63,187 bases of DNA from Candidatus Parvarchaeota archaeon (GTDB lineage Archaea > Nanobdellota > Nanobdellia > WJKC01), in contig JAFCFT010000010.1 of assembly GCA_017608505.1 (NCBI GenBank), positions 1 to 63,187 of the forward strand, in the 5' to 3' direction. This document shows, in pieces, positions 36,634 to 46,860 of this stretch. Numbering within the stretch: the stretch's first letter is position 1; every line of letters begins with the position of its first letter. A program made the position numbers and the translations under genes. The notes under the pieces were generated by a model that saw only the letters and a program-made list of their open reading frames with translations, was not told the DNA's origin and searched no databases.

Positions 36634-37824
36634 ATGAAATTTTTAAATCCATTTAAAAAACAAAGCATTAAAGAAGAATTAACAGTACTTAAAATTCCAG
36701 AACTAAAAGATCATGTCAAACAAGAAATCCTGCATCTTGATAAAACTGATAAAAATCTTGTAGAGCCCATTAATGCTTGCATCAACAAATTAATAGCGCG
36801 CGTCAAACACTTAAGTGAAGCAAAAGTTGACGAAGAAGTTAATAAAGCCCTTTTAATAGGGGCTAACAACTCAAGACGAACTTTGTGCAATTTAATAAGC
36901 TCTAACATTAACATTCAAACGCCAAAAACCCTTGCAGAGCTTAAAGAATACTTATCAAGCCTTAAAAAACTAATTAACACTGCGCATAATGCCTTTGCAA
37001 AACATGGAGGCAAGGTTTCATTTATTTACAAAAAACATACAAACAACCTTGCAAACGCCCTTGATGAGCTTTCCCTTGCAATAAATAACTGTGCTAACGC
37101 GATAAGCAATGATTTGGCAAAACTTAATGCGCTTAATACTCTTGAGTCTTTAATCAACAAATACTGCAACACACTTAAAGAATTAAAACATCTTGAAAAA
37201 ATATTTTCTGCAAATGGATCTATACTTAACAGCTTAAAAGAAAAAAACAAAACATTAACAAAAGAGATAAACGCAATTTCAAAAAAAGCAGAGCTTGAAT
37301 CTCAAGAAATCCAAGCCATAAATGCAGAACTAGAAAATATAAAGCGCAGAGCAGACATCATAGTTTCAGATTTTTCCAAGGCATTAAGACGCTTTTCTCA
37401 TAACACTTCAGACTACAAGCTTTTAATAGAAAACCCCATAAGTTTCATACTTACAAACAAACAACAGTTTTTAGAATTAAAAGATGCCCTGCTTCGTGAA
37501 TTAGAGTCAGGAGGTATAACGTTAAAACAAAACCAACTGCAAAAAGCAATAGCGTCTTTAAAAAGCGACGAATTGCTTAAATTAAGCAAAGAGTACAGAG
37601 ACCTAAAAGCAAAATTAAAAAATGCGAATAGTGCAAATGTAACTGAAAAAAGAAGTTTAGAAGAAAATGCAGAAAATATCTCTGACAAAGTTAGGGCGCT
37701 TGAACTTAAATCCAACGAATTAAAGGCAGACATTAAAAGAATAAAGAACATCTTAGCAAACTTATCCGAACAAATAACAAGTTTGACAAACAAAATACTG
37801 GGAAACATAAAGATACATTTTTAA
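36634..37824 (+). CDS. long coiled-coil protein, unknown function
   Basis: 396 aa with heptad-like L/K/E/N-rich composition throughout. Confidence 0.5.
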   Translation: MKFLNPFKKQSIKEELTVLKIPELKDHVKQEILHLDKTDKNLVEPINACINKLIARVKHLSEAKVDEEVNKALLIGANNSRRTLCNLISSNINIQTPKTLAELKEYLSSLKKLINTAHNAFAKHGGKVSFIYKKHTNNLANALDELSLAINNCANAISNDLAKLNALNTLESLINKYCNTLKELKHLEKIFSANGSILNSLKEKNKTLTKEINAISKKAELESQEIQAINAELENIKRRADIIVSDFSKALRRFSHNTSDYKLLIENPISFILTNKQQFLELKDALLRELESGGITLKQNQLQKAIASLKSDELLKLSKEYRDLKAKLKNANSANVTEKRSLEENAENISDKVRALELKSNELKADIKRIKNILANLSEQITSLTNKILGNIKIHF

Positions 37825-37848
37825 TAGCGCATTACATCATATCCTATA

Positions 37849-38415
37849 ATGAAAACAGCCTTTTCAGCAATGGTGTTAATGGGGCTTATAATGATTGCAG
37901 GATGCACGCAAGGAGGTCCTAGTGCTGCAACATGCAATTGTCCGGCACCAGGGTCTTGGAGCGAATGCAACGACAGTGCTGTAAAAACAAGAATTAATTA
38001 TCAATGCGGAAGCGAAACTAATTACACATGCGTTCCATACAATGAAACCGCTGAATGCGAAACAAGCATTACAATAACATCAGAAGACCTGACAGTAGTT
38101 ATCAGCCCCTCGCTAGACAGCAAAGTAAAAGGCACAATTAAAATTGAAGCAACAAACATCCCAAGTCAAACAACAAAAATATACTTTATGATGAATCCGC
38201 AGAACGAACCCATCAATGTAAGCGAGGGATTAAAAGATAATCAAGTATTCACTATTGATGACGCGACCCCCAGCAAAGGATGGAGCAAATACATTGATAC
38301 AACAGCAATGAGCAACGGCGTATACGAAATTGCAGTATTGCCCACATACGAAGGTGCGCCAAGCAATTCTCCTTGGCTTGCAATCGCAAAGACACAAGTA
38401 GTAATCAGTAACTAA
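37849..38415 (+). CDS. putative lipoprotein / exported Cys-rich protein
   Basis: Signal peptide with a lipobox-like LIMIAGC, then an N-terminal Cys-rich segment. Confidence 0.55.
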   Translation: MKTAFSAMVLMGLIMIAGCTQGGPSAATCNCPAPGSWSECNDSAVKTRINYQCGSETNYTCVPYNETAECETSITITSEDLTVVISPSLDSKVKGTIKIEATNIPSQTTKIYFMMNPQNEPINVSEGLKDNQVFTIDDATPSKGWSKYIDTTAMSNGVYEIAVLPTYEGAPSNSPWLAIAKTQVVISN

Positions 38416-38664
38416 TGTTTATCCTTTCTTTTATTTTTTAAGTCTTATAATTTCTTCCCTTTCAAACTCATCAAGCGCTTTGCAAAGTTTGTTAATATTA
38501 GCATTAAATTCAGGAAGCACACATTATATTTCATAAAAACATTTTAAAAATTCCTATTTAATTTAGAAGAACTTAAAAAGCAACTATACAACTTGACATT
38601 GCTGCGTATCTTAAGGATAACTATTATAAATTAATAAAAAAATTTATTGCAAAATCCGTGCATA

Positions 38665-39372
38665 TTAACAAATCGCATTTTTTATTCCATGCTTCTTGCA
38701 CAATTTTTTTGTCACTTCTTTTAATTTTCTTTGATATCCTCTTGAAGGCGCAAAAAATCCTTTATACAATGCCTTGTATTTTGGCACAAGGTCTGGATAA
38801 TGTTTTTCTAAAAATTTATAATAAAGGGTCTTGCAATCATACGGCCCGTTCCCAAATAAAGTCAAGGCGCCGACAAATACAAAATCTGCTCCGTATTTTT
38901 TTGCAGCACATATCATCTCATCAAGTTGTTCTTCTGAATCAGACAAAAAAGGCAAAACAGGAATGAAATTCATTCCAACAAAAAACCTCTCCTTCTTGCA
39001 TTTTTGTTGGCGCGCCTGGCTCAAGAATTTTTGCCAATTTCTCATTTAATAGAAATTGAAAATGAAATAATTGCGCCATGCTTTAACTTAGGCCTTAAAT
39101 CATCTGGCAAAATGGCAGTCTTATCAATCTTTTTTAACAAGTCCAAATCCCTTAAAACAAGTTTAGACTTTGTAGCAATTTCAACAGGAAACCTGTACTT
39201 TAAAATTATTTCAAGCAACTTTCTTGAAAGCAGTTTTTCCAAAAGTTCGGGAGCATTTACTTTTACTGACATTGTCTTTCCCATATTCGCCCCATACTGA
39301 ATAATCGTCTAAAAACCAGCTGTCTCTTTTTTTATGCTTATTCAATATTGACTTTGCAAAAACCTTAATCAT
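38665..39372 (-). pseudogene. radical SAM (SplB/COG1533-type) pseudogene
   Basis: The reading runs MIKVFAKSILNKHKKRDSWFLDDYSV, then a shift, then VKVNAPELLEKLL...IATKSKLVLRDLDLL...ISFSI, then a stop, then NFIPVLPFLSDSEEQLDEMICAAKKYGADFVFVG. The CxxxCxxC segment expected after DDYSV is missing. Confidence 0.6.
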
Positions 39373-39408
39373 ATAAATATATAAATAACCTCTATAATTT
39401 TAAACAAA

Positions 39409-39750
39409 ATGGAATCCGAAGAACTTAAAAAAGCCTACGAAAATGCCTGGAACAAATACGAATCTCTCAAGAAAAAATACATAAAAAATCCAGAAGGGCT
39501 TTCAAATCTAAACATAGACCACATAGTCAGAAATCTCCTCAATTACGTTTCAGGCGCCATAGTGCTTAATGACTTTCAAATGCTTAAAGACTCCAAAGAA
39601 ATACTAAAAAGCCTTGACATTTACTACAAACTTCTTGAAACGCACGAAGAATTTGCCATAGAAGAGATCTTAAGCAACGGATATTTCAAGGATAAAAGAA
39701 ACTTAAGCGAAGAAGAATACATAAGATATGCTGCAAAATATTTTACTTAA
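39409..39750 (+). CDS. hypothetical protein
   Basis: 113-aa helical ORF with no motif. Confidence 0.4.
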   Translation: MESEELKKAYENAWNKYESLKKKYIKNPEGLSNLNIDHIVRNLLNYVSGAIVLNDFQMLKDSKEILKSLDIYYKLLETHEEFAIEEILSNGYFKDKRNLSEEEYIRYAAKYFT

Positions 39751-39770
39751 AAGATTTATCAAAAAACAAT

Positions 39771-40255
39771 CTAAATTTTAAAAAGATTAACAGGCGATGC
39801 ATTTTGATTGCTACAAGAGAATAGATCCCTTCGCCCCTGCCAGCTAAGAATTTTATAATTAGCACTATGTTCTTTAACTAGCTTCCTCCATGCATTCCAG
39901 AAAAAATTAAGTTCTCGCTTATTAGGATTATCATAAATATAGTGCACTACATGATTAGGGTCCTTAAGTATATCCTCCACAGGTTCCACCTTGTTGTTAT
40001 TGGCAGTATTCTAAAATCAATATAGGGAACAGCAGATAATACGCTTCTATGAAATCTTAAGCCCTCTCCATGAGAAGTATAATGAATGTCCACGTAAGGA
40101 ACATCTTTTAATTCATGTGTTTTAGGATCACCACTACAAGAATACAAAGTTCGTAGGAATGGCAATTCATTTAAGTCGCTAATAATATCCCTTATGCTCT
40201 CATCTATTAACTTTAAAATTACTTCATCAATCATCTTGAATAACTTTTTATTCAT
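39771..40255 (-). pseudogene. hypothetical gene with a frameshift near 40000
   Basis: ORFs 39947..40255 and 39771..39989 are contiguous in adjacent frames (…PYIDFRIL / NNNKVEPVEDILKDPNH…). Confidence 0.4.
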
Positions 40256-40358
40256 AGTATAAAAATCTTTTCATACTACACAATCTGAATTTAAATTCTA
40301 TTGAAAATAATTTTTGGTTTTACAATAATCAACATATTTAAAATAAAAGCTTGAAGCT

Positions 40359-40748
40359 TTAAGGAGCATCTTTTCTCTTTATTAATTGTCCATATTCTAA
40401 GTAATCCTTAGCTAGCCACGTATAATGTGAGAAAAGGTTCACCCCTGCGCCCCTAGGCCGGTGCATGAATGTTGCTTGCTCGTATAAAAGTGCTGCTGCT
40501 TCAAAAAAGACTTCAGGCGAGTCAGAATACCCTTCTTCATTTAATACTTTTTCATACGCGCTTATTAAATCCATACATTTCTCATTCACATCATCAGTTA
40601 TTGGACTTATTACGCAGTCCCTGACTTTACCAAATATCTCATTTAACTCATTAAGACGCCACCTAACCTCCTCCCTCCTAGAAATGTACTTAATTAACCA
40701 TAATTCATGTCTCTTCATCCACTCAATCTTATCTTCTAAGTCACTCAT
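40359..40748 (-). CDS. hypothetical protein
   Basis: 129-aa ORF with no motif. Confidence 0.4.
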   Translation of the reverse strand: MSDLEDKIEWMKRHELWLIKYISRREEVRWRLNELNEIFGKVRDCVISPITDDVNEKCMDLISAYEKVLNEEGYSDSPEVFFEAAALLYEQATFMHRPRGAGVNLFSHYTWLAKDYLEYGQLIKRKDAP

Positions 40749-40817
40749 AAACTATTTTTAGCGAATACTTTATTTAAATATTTTTATAATCCATTATCCA
40801 AAAAATTACAGGAAACT

Positions 40818-41657
40818 CTAGCACAATATTAATGAATACTCTTCTAGCGTCTCAAGAAGCTTGCTAGTCTCACTTTTTTTCCGTGGTGGGAACGCCAGTA
40901 AGGCAAGTCTCTCGGCGTCATTATACTTCTTCACCCACTTGTTATAAACGCCTTGAGCATAAGGATACGCCTTCTTGAGTATATAACAATTAAAAACTGC
41001 TAAGCCAATACTTACTGGATTCAGAGATAATAAGAATTTCCCCAGATGAATTAAAGTAGCTGCTAGATTAATTGTTGAGCAACCAGCCGCAGTTGTTCTA
41101 AGTGCTTTATCACCTGAAACGTACGTAGCAAAGCTTTCAAGAACTGGCTTAGCTGCATTTCTAAAAACATAGTATTTTATTATGCTAGGTACGCGAGTAC
41201 CAGATAAGTACTTGCTGAATCCTTTTGGAGTGAAATCATTAAATTCTAAGTCAGGAAGTACATTACTAAACCGCATTAATTCTTTATGCAATCCTTCCCT
41301 ATCACTGTACTCATTGAATAAGAAGTCAAGTGAGTTAATAACTAAGTCGTCATCACTGCTTTTAAGGTAAGCTTCACAGAGGTCTAAGTGTACGTGATGC
41401 GCTAATTCATGAATAATGCGCTTATTAAATCCACCCTTCTTGAGTAATTCATAATCACCTTTCCCAAAGCATAGGGCCCCTCCAGAATAATATGCCTTTG
41501 CACAATTAAGCAATAAGTTAATCCTACTAACTTTGCAGATCGTGAAAGGACTTAAATCAACATTTAATTTATCAAATGGCTTCTTTATTCCTGCCTTTTC
41601 AATAATATTAATCTTCCTCTTATCATTATACCAGTTAATGTAATCCATATCTTTCAT
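40818..41657 (-). CDS. hypothetical protein with HExxH motif (possible metallopeptidase)
   Basis: IIHELAHHVHLD is the only recognisable motif. Confidence 0.4.
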   Translation of the reverse strand: MKDMDYINWYNDKRKINIIEKAGIKKPFDKLNVDLSPFTICKVSRINLLLNCAKAYYSGGALCFGKGDYELLKKGGFNKRIIHELAHHVHLDLCEAYLKSSDDDLVINSLDFLFNEYSDREGLHKELMRFSNVLPDLEFNDFTPKGFSKYLSGTRVPSIIKYYVFRNAAKPVLESFATYVSGDKALRTTAAGCSTINLAATLIHLGKFLLSLNPVSIGLAVFNCYILKKAYPYAQGVYNKWVKKYNDAERLALLAFPPRKKSETSKLLETLEEYSLILC

Positions 41658-41764
41658 GACAAATTTTTTTGTAGATTTAATATTTATAAATGTATTCGAA
41701 TGCTAGTATTTACTTCATAAAGCATTATTGTTTCTCTCTTGGTGAACCAACTATCAGAATGATT

Positions 41765-41950
41765 TTAAACTTTGATTTTAATCCTTCTTATCATAGAACC
41801 AATTGCGTTCTCTTCACCGTGAATGCATACAGCAGCTTGAAACGACTCCTTTAAAGAGAGAACAAAAGACCCTCCCTTCTTGTACTCTCCTATCCTCTTA
41901 ATCACTTCTATAATTCTTTCTCTTCCCTTGTAAGGAGCGTCATAATTCAT
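41765..41950 (-). CDS. hypothetical small protein
   Basis: 61-aa ORF. Confidence 0.3.
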   Translation of the reverse strand: MNYDAPYKGRERIIEVIKRIGEYKKGGSFVLSLKESFQAAVCIHGEENAIGSMIRRIKIKV

Positions 41951-42252
41951 AACGAAGATTTATAACGCCAGGACCATTACTTACAGATACTTTGCGAACT
42001 ACCTGTAGCTAAAGCCGTGAGCGTCTAAGTGCACTTCGTTAGTTTCTGCTGGCACTTGTTCTTCCAGTGTTTTTTCTGGCTTTGCTCCGCTGCCAACTGT
42101 TCTTAAAAGTACCAGCACTACGTCAATCACCACCCGCACGCCTAACGCCGGCGTGAACTGCAAATGCAAATTCGACTCGCCAAGACTCCCTGAACACTAC
42201 TTTTTTGCTCCTATTAGAAAAATATTTAATTCAAGCGTGTTTTGATTAACTA

Positions 42253-43836
42253 GTGAAAAATATTTTTACTAAAACAAATATTACTATTATATTAATAGTT
42301 GCCGGGGGAATTTTATTAATATTCTCTTTTGTTTTTGAGCATGGAACACCAAAATTTGAGTATGAGTTAATAGCCCCAAATCAAATAATGAGTTCAATTT
42401 ACAAAGTTTATGGCAACCCAAACACTGGGTTCTGGCTTTCAAAATTAGTGCTAAAGAACATTGGCTCTGGCCCTGCGTATAACGTGAAGATTTTTTACAA
42501 ACTTGACGGTTACTCTGATTGGAAGGAAAGCAATACTTACAAAATCATTCTTCCTACAAGCACAATAATTGATTTGTATTATCCATTAATCCAGAGTAAC
42601 ATAATGGATATTAAGACATCAAGCCCTTCAAGCATAAATTTTAAAATAACTTATCAAGAAACTCAAGGAGGAGTAACAAAGGAAATTACTGGCTCAAAGA
42701 GCATAACAATACTTGGGGCAAATAATTTCGTGTTCTCAAGCATACCCCCTGAGGAGAGTACAGGCTCATTTAATGACGTGTTTTCTAACTACCCATTACT
42801 TGCTGCGTGGGCAACACCAGGAGACCCTGTTGTGATTAGTTTTGCTGACTTAGGCAACAAACTTGCAGGAGGCCCTGGCGCAACACTATCTGATGAAGAT
42901 GCATTAATGAGTCTTGCAGGGATGTGGGATGTCTCAGTTCATAATGGAATTCAATATAAAACAGAGCCAGAGGCTTTCTGGTCAGGCCAGTTCTCAGAAT
43001 ACATTAAGTACCCTAGAGATGTCATTAAGGATAAAATAGGCACCTGCATTGACACTGCGCTGTTTTTTTCAACCCTTGCATTAACTCAAGGGCTTAACGC
43101 ATACATAGTACTTATGCCTGGTCACGCGTTCTCAATCATAGAACTCCCAAGCGGACAATTAATACCAGTTGAAACCACGACATTGAATAATGGTTATACC
43201 TTCTCCCAAGCAATTGAGTCAGGAGTTAATACTTATACTAACGCTATCAACGGGCCATATATCATCATTGATTTGCAAAAGTATCAATCAATAGGGATAA
43301 TACCTCCTGAGCTTCCTGAACTGCCAACTGATATTTTAACTGTTTGGAATATCACTTCTCCGAGCACAAGTAAGAGCCTGCAGGCTGGCATTGACTCTGG
43401 CCAGACTAGCAGTGATTACATTTCATTCATTAATTACGCGCCTATGTGGAGCGTCACTTACCCGTCTTCTTGGAGTGTTCAGCAATCTACAAACGAGGTT
43501 TACTTTAGCAGCACTGGTGTTGAATTGTTCGTAAGCTGGGGTTACGGCGTCAGCAAGGAAACAGCAAGATTGTCAGTTGAGTCACTCTTTAGTGGGCTTG
43601 GCGTCCTGTCAGTTAATAACTCATCAAGCAGTCTCATTTCAGGAATCCCCTGTGACTTAATCACTTATAATATGTTTTACCAAGACAATTCTTACCTTGT
43701 GCGCGCCAGGTACTTTGAATACAACGGTTATGGTTTCGCTGTATTTTATGATTTTGCTTATGACTCATTTTACAACACTAATTTACAAATTTGCGAGAGC
43801 ATTGTTCAAAGCTTCACCTTAGGTGATGTGCATTGA
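42253..43836 (+). CDS. membrane-anchored transglutaminase-like (Cys-His) domain protein
   Basis: N-terminal TM. GTCIDTALFFSTLALTQGLNAYIVLMPGHAFSIIE fits the transglutaminase-core C...H arrangement. GTG start. Confidence 0.6.
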   Translation: MKNIFTKTNITIILIVAGGILLIFSFVFEHGTPKFEYELIAPNQIMSSIYKVYGNPNTGFWLSKLVLKNIGSGPAYNVKIFYKLDGYSDWKESNTYKIILPTSTIIDLYYPLIQSNIMDIKTSSPSSINFKITYQETQGGVTKEITGSKSITILGANNFVFSSIPPEESTGSFNDVFSNYPLLAAWATPGDPVVISFADLGNKLAGGPGATLSDEDALMSLAGMWDVSVHNGIQYKTEPEAFWSGQFSEYIKYPRDVIKDKIGTCIDTALFFSTLALTQGLNAYIVLMPGHAFSIIELPSGQLIPVETTTLNNGYTFSQAIESGVNTYTNAINGPYIIIDLQKYQSIGIIPPELPELPTDILTVWNITSPSTSKSLQAGIDSGQTSSDYISFINYAPMWSVTYPSSWSVQQSTNEVYFSSTGVELFVSWGYGVSKETARLSVESLFSGLGVLSVNNSSSSLISGIPCDLITYNMFYQDNSYLVRARYFEYNGYGFAVFYDFAYDSFYNTNLQICESIVQSFTLGDVH

Positions 43837-44492
43837 ATAAGGCATCATTCCTTAATGCAATATTGGTCTTGATAGTGCTTGTCTGCCTTAACATTGGTTT
43901 TTGTAGTACTGAAACAGTTGTAACCTCTTATAAAATGACTGACAAGTCAAATGTTACAATATTATTAAATGGGGATGCGCAAGTAACTGAAGTTATTACA
44001 ATGTCAGCAACAGCTTTTGCTTCATTCAAGCAAAACTACCCTCAATTAAGTATGTTTTCAAGGATTTTCAAGCCTGCTAACTCCCCGATGCAAATAGAGA
44101 ACTTAAATATTAGTATTGACGAGTTTAACAATAAGATTATTGCGTCATACTTGGTTGTTGGTCAAGCAGTTAATAAAGGGGATTTTTGGGAGATAGTGGT
44201 TGCTCAAGAAGGGGCTGACGTTACTTTATCGGCCCAATCTGGCAGAACAGTGGTTTTCACTTTTGTTGGAATGAGCACTACCCAGACAAGGGAAATAATA
44301 ACATCAACAATTACACTACCAGAAGGGGCTTACAATATTCAATTCCAGGAATCAACTAATAAATTAAGATATTCCCTGCCAGCGCAGGCAAGCCCTGCAG
44401 GCGTGATGGTAATTATTGCAATAATATTAATTATTCTTGGGGTGCTGAATTACTTCTTCATATTTGACAGGTTCTTAAAGAAAACAAATTGA
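43833..44492 (+). CDS. exported protein with C-terminal TM anchor
   Basis: TTG start overlapping the upstream stop (TTGA). Has a signal peptide and a C-terminal hydrophobic anchor. Confidence 0.45.
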   Translation: MNKASFLNAILVLIVLVCLNIGFCSTETVVTSYKMTDKSNVTILLNGDAQVTEVITMSATAFASFKQNYPQLSMFSRIFKPANSPMQIENLNISIDEFNNKIIASYLVVGQAVNKGDFWEIVVAQEGADVTLSAQSGRTVVFTFVGMSTTQTREIITSTITLPEGAYNIQFQESTNKLRYSLPAQASPAGVMVIIAIILIILGVLNYFFIFDRFLKKTN

Positions 44493-44572
44493 TTATGTTA
44501 TTGAAAATATGTTTTTTAAGTCATCATGTTTTTCTGCCGAATCGTATTTAAAGATCATTTAATTTTTTGTTT

Positions 44573-44949
44573 ATGAAAGAAGATCTTGAATACATTAAGA
44601 AAAAATTAAAGCCATATACCAAAGAAGAATTAATTTTTAATGAGCCTCACTTCACTCGACAATTGTTGCTTAGAGAAGGTAATAGGGATGTTGTAATTAA
44701 TGAGTTGCTTGACTTTGGAACTTAATTTTTGATGTTTCAACAAAAGGCCGCGTTGTGGGCGTGGAAATAATGAATGCTACAGAATTCTTCAAAGGACTAG
44801 GCCTAGGCCCAAAATTGCTCAATAATATTAGTGACTTTAGCATTAAGTCAAAAGTCACCAGCGAGTACTTAATAGTGTTTTTAAACATCAAAGCTAGGAA
44901 AGTTGATGTAAAGATACCAATACCTGTGGCGCTGGCAACGCCTGCTTAA
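44573..44949 (+). pseudogene. degenerate toxin-antitoxin-like remnants
   Basis: A 50-aa ORF (…EPHFTRQLLLREGNRDVVINELL, DUF4258-like start) is followed out of frame by …LIFDVSTKGRVVGVEIMNATEFF, which matches the DxxGxxVGIEIxxAS core of DUF2283. Confidence 0.3.
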
Positions 44950-45001
44950 GATTTCTTATTACAAATATTTTAATAAGCAGTTCAACTTAGATTATAATTC
45001 A

Positions 45002-45552
45002 ATGTGTGTTAAAAAACTTGTTAAGCGTTCTCATATAATTATTAGCAAAGAATCGCGTTTTATTAGTCCTAGAAAGATAGGTATTGATTCATGCGTGCTT
45101 GTTGAGTTAGTTAATAATCTTAGTTTATTTTCTGATGTTGCTATGAAGATTTTTAATCGGCGCGATATCTTTATTACCCACAAAATTTGTTTTTGGGAGA
45201 CAATTGAAGTCTTAGTTAAAAAACATGGTTGGGGTAAGAGTGAAGCCATAAAATCTCTTAAAAATTTATTAACAAAACTTAATATTAAAATTGACAATAA
45301 TAGTACTATTAATCCTAATAAATTGCTATTAATGAAGAATAAATGTGAAAAGTTGGGTGCTGAATTTCATGAGCTGATTCAACAATCTTGTATCACTTCA
45401 AGGAAGCTGGCGTTAACAAGGTGGTTGACAATCACTTCTTGAAAGCGGCCAGTATTCTTGGCATGGATGGCAGTAAATTTCCTACAATAGATGCTCAAAT
45501 AAAAAGTCAGTTAAAAAAGTTTTTTAAACGTCCTCGCAAGAAGAGAAGATAG
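45002..45552 (+). pseudogene. PIN-domain (VapC-like) gene with a frameshift
   Basis: KIGIDSCVLVELV (first Asp) ... FWETIEVL. After …AEFHE the PIN C-terminus continues in another frame (ADSTILYHFKEAGVNKVVDNHFLKAASILG). Confidence 0.5.
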
Positions 45553-45858
45553 CTGCGGCCTTAATAAAGTCGCCTGATGATTTGCTTAATGCCTTGCTCC
45601 AGTTTTCATCTCTAACTGCCCTTACGTCCTTAGCTGTTTTGATTAACTCGTTTTCAGGCATTAACGCGCTGAACGCTATTTCAAACTGGAATAATTCTCT
45701 TTCAATATCAGCTATTTCTTTAATTTGCGGCAAAACAGTATTCTTTACTATTTCCTCAACTCTTGATGCCACTTCTGACTCAAAAGATTTGAAAGCCTGC
45801 TCAATTGGCAAGTTCTCACGCACCATAATTGTAACTCCTTGCCCAACGCTTTTAAACA
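45524..45858 (-). CDS. hypothetical protein
   Basis: Start taken at ATG 45858 (MFKSVGQG…). The ORF-track extension to 45895 is read-through into the IS end. Confidence 0.45.
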
Positions 45859-46754
45859 TTTCTATATAAACGGTCTTGTAGAAACCCTTTAACATCCTCC
45901 ATTATCTTAACGATTCTCTGCATGTTATAAGCTATTATTCTGGTTTTTAGCTCATTTATTTGGTTCTTTGTTTGCCTGCTTGTTAAATTGCTTCTCAGCG
46001 TTCTTTTTATAACGCTAAAGATTGTTTCAGTGATTGCTCGCTTGTTGTAGATTTTCTTTTGGAAATTTTTGTTCATTTGTTTTCTGTAAAACCCTTTGAT
46101 CCTCCTGGCTTTGCGTCTTATCGGTATTATGCTTTGTATTCCGTGCGCATGCGCATATTCATGGTTGCTTTCACTGTCATATCCTTTATCAGCAGTGACT
46201 ATTTTTACGCTTCCTTGATTGAGCGCTTGCGCTAACAAAGGTTTGAAGGTTGACGCGTCATTAAACTGCTTGTCAGTTATTACTTGCCCTATAACTAATT
46301 GCTTGTCTAAGTCGCTGATTAATCCCGCCTTAATGAATCCTTTAACTTTTACATTGTCTATCCTGTGACAGTAATAGTGCGAAGGGTTATTAAGATTAAA
46401 GCCTGAAGAGTCCATTCCAACTAGTTTAAGAGATAAATTCACCACTTTATGAGTGTGCAACAGCATGATGTCAAAGATGTTGCCAATTCTTGAATGAAAC
46501 TTTTGAAGCGTTGTATAATGAGGCGTTCTCTTCAAGCCAAGCTTTTCATGCAATCCAGCAAATTCAATGAATTCGCTGAATTCGCGATAAGACATCCTTA
46601 ACTTCTGCCTCAACACCAACAAAGTGATTTTTTCCCAGACCGAAAATACTTTATTGCTAAACTTACTAAAATATTTAGGAACTCTAGAAGCTTTCAAAAG
46701 CTTCTTGAGTAACTCACAAAACTTTGTGAGCGGGTTTATTTCACGGGGCTTCAT
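45852..46754 (-). CDS. DDE transposase (IS5/IS4 superfamily)
   Basis: VTADKGYDSESNHEYA..., YNKRAITETIFSVIKR (the YxxRxxxE-containing block). Confidence 0.85.
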   Translation of the reverse strand: MKPREINPLTKFCELLKKLLKASRVPKYFSKFSNKVFSVWEKITLLVLRQKLRMSYREFSEFIEFAGLHEKLGLKRTPHYTTLQKFHSRIGNIFDIMLLHTHKVVNLSLKLVGMDSSGFNLNNPSHYYCHRIDNVKVKGFIKAGLISDLDKQLVIGQVITDKQFNDASTFKPLLAQALNQGSVKIVTADKGYDSESNHEYAHAHGIQSIIPIRRKARRIKGFYRKQMNKNFQKKIYNKRAITETIFSVIKRTLRSNLTSRQTKNQINELKTRIIAYNMQRIVKIMEDVKGFLQDRLYRNV

Positions 46755-46860
46755 TTCAAATCACCACCTTTTGAGATGAGCCCCCCTATCTCATCTTTTT
46801 TAAGATTTTAAAAATTAGAAACAGTTTAAGAAATAAGAGGGTTTCTACAAGGCCTATATA
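45861..46860 (-). mobile_element. IS5/IS4-superfamily insertion sequence
   Basis: Imperfect inverted repeats TATATAAACGGTCTTGTAGAAACCC (left) and GGGTTTCTACAAGGCCTATATA (right), flanked by a direct AACATT repeat. Single transposase ORF. Confidence 0.75.

Noticed and set aside
41999-42139. 46-codon GTG-initiated ORF (…VVIDVVLVLLRTVGSGAKPEKTLEEQ…) in the GC-rich patch
   Set aside because: It has no ATG, no RBS-like signal and no recognisable motif. The open frame may simply reflect the GC-rich composition.
41951-42252. RNase P RNA, SRP RNA or a tRNA in the GC-rich patch
   Set aside because: I could not find the conserved CR-I/CR-V RNase P boxes, SRP helix-8 motifs or a cloverleaf on either strand. 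It is kept as an unexplained finding only.
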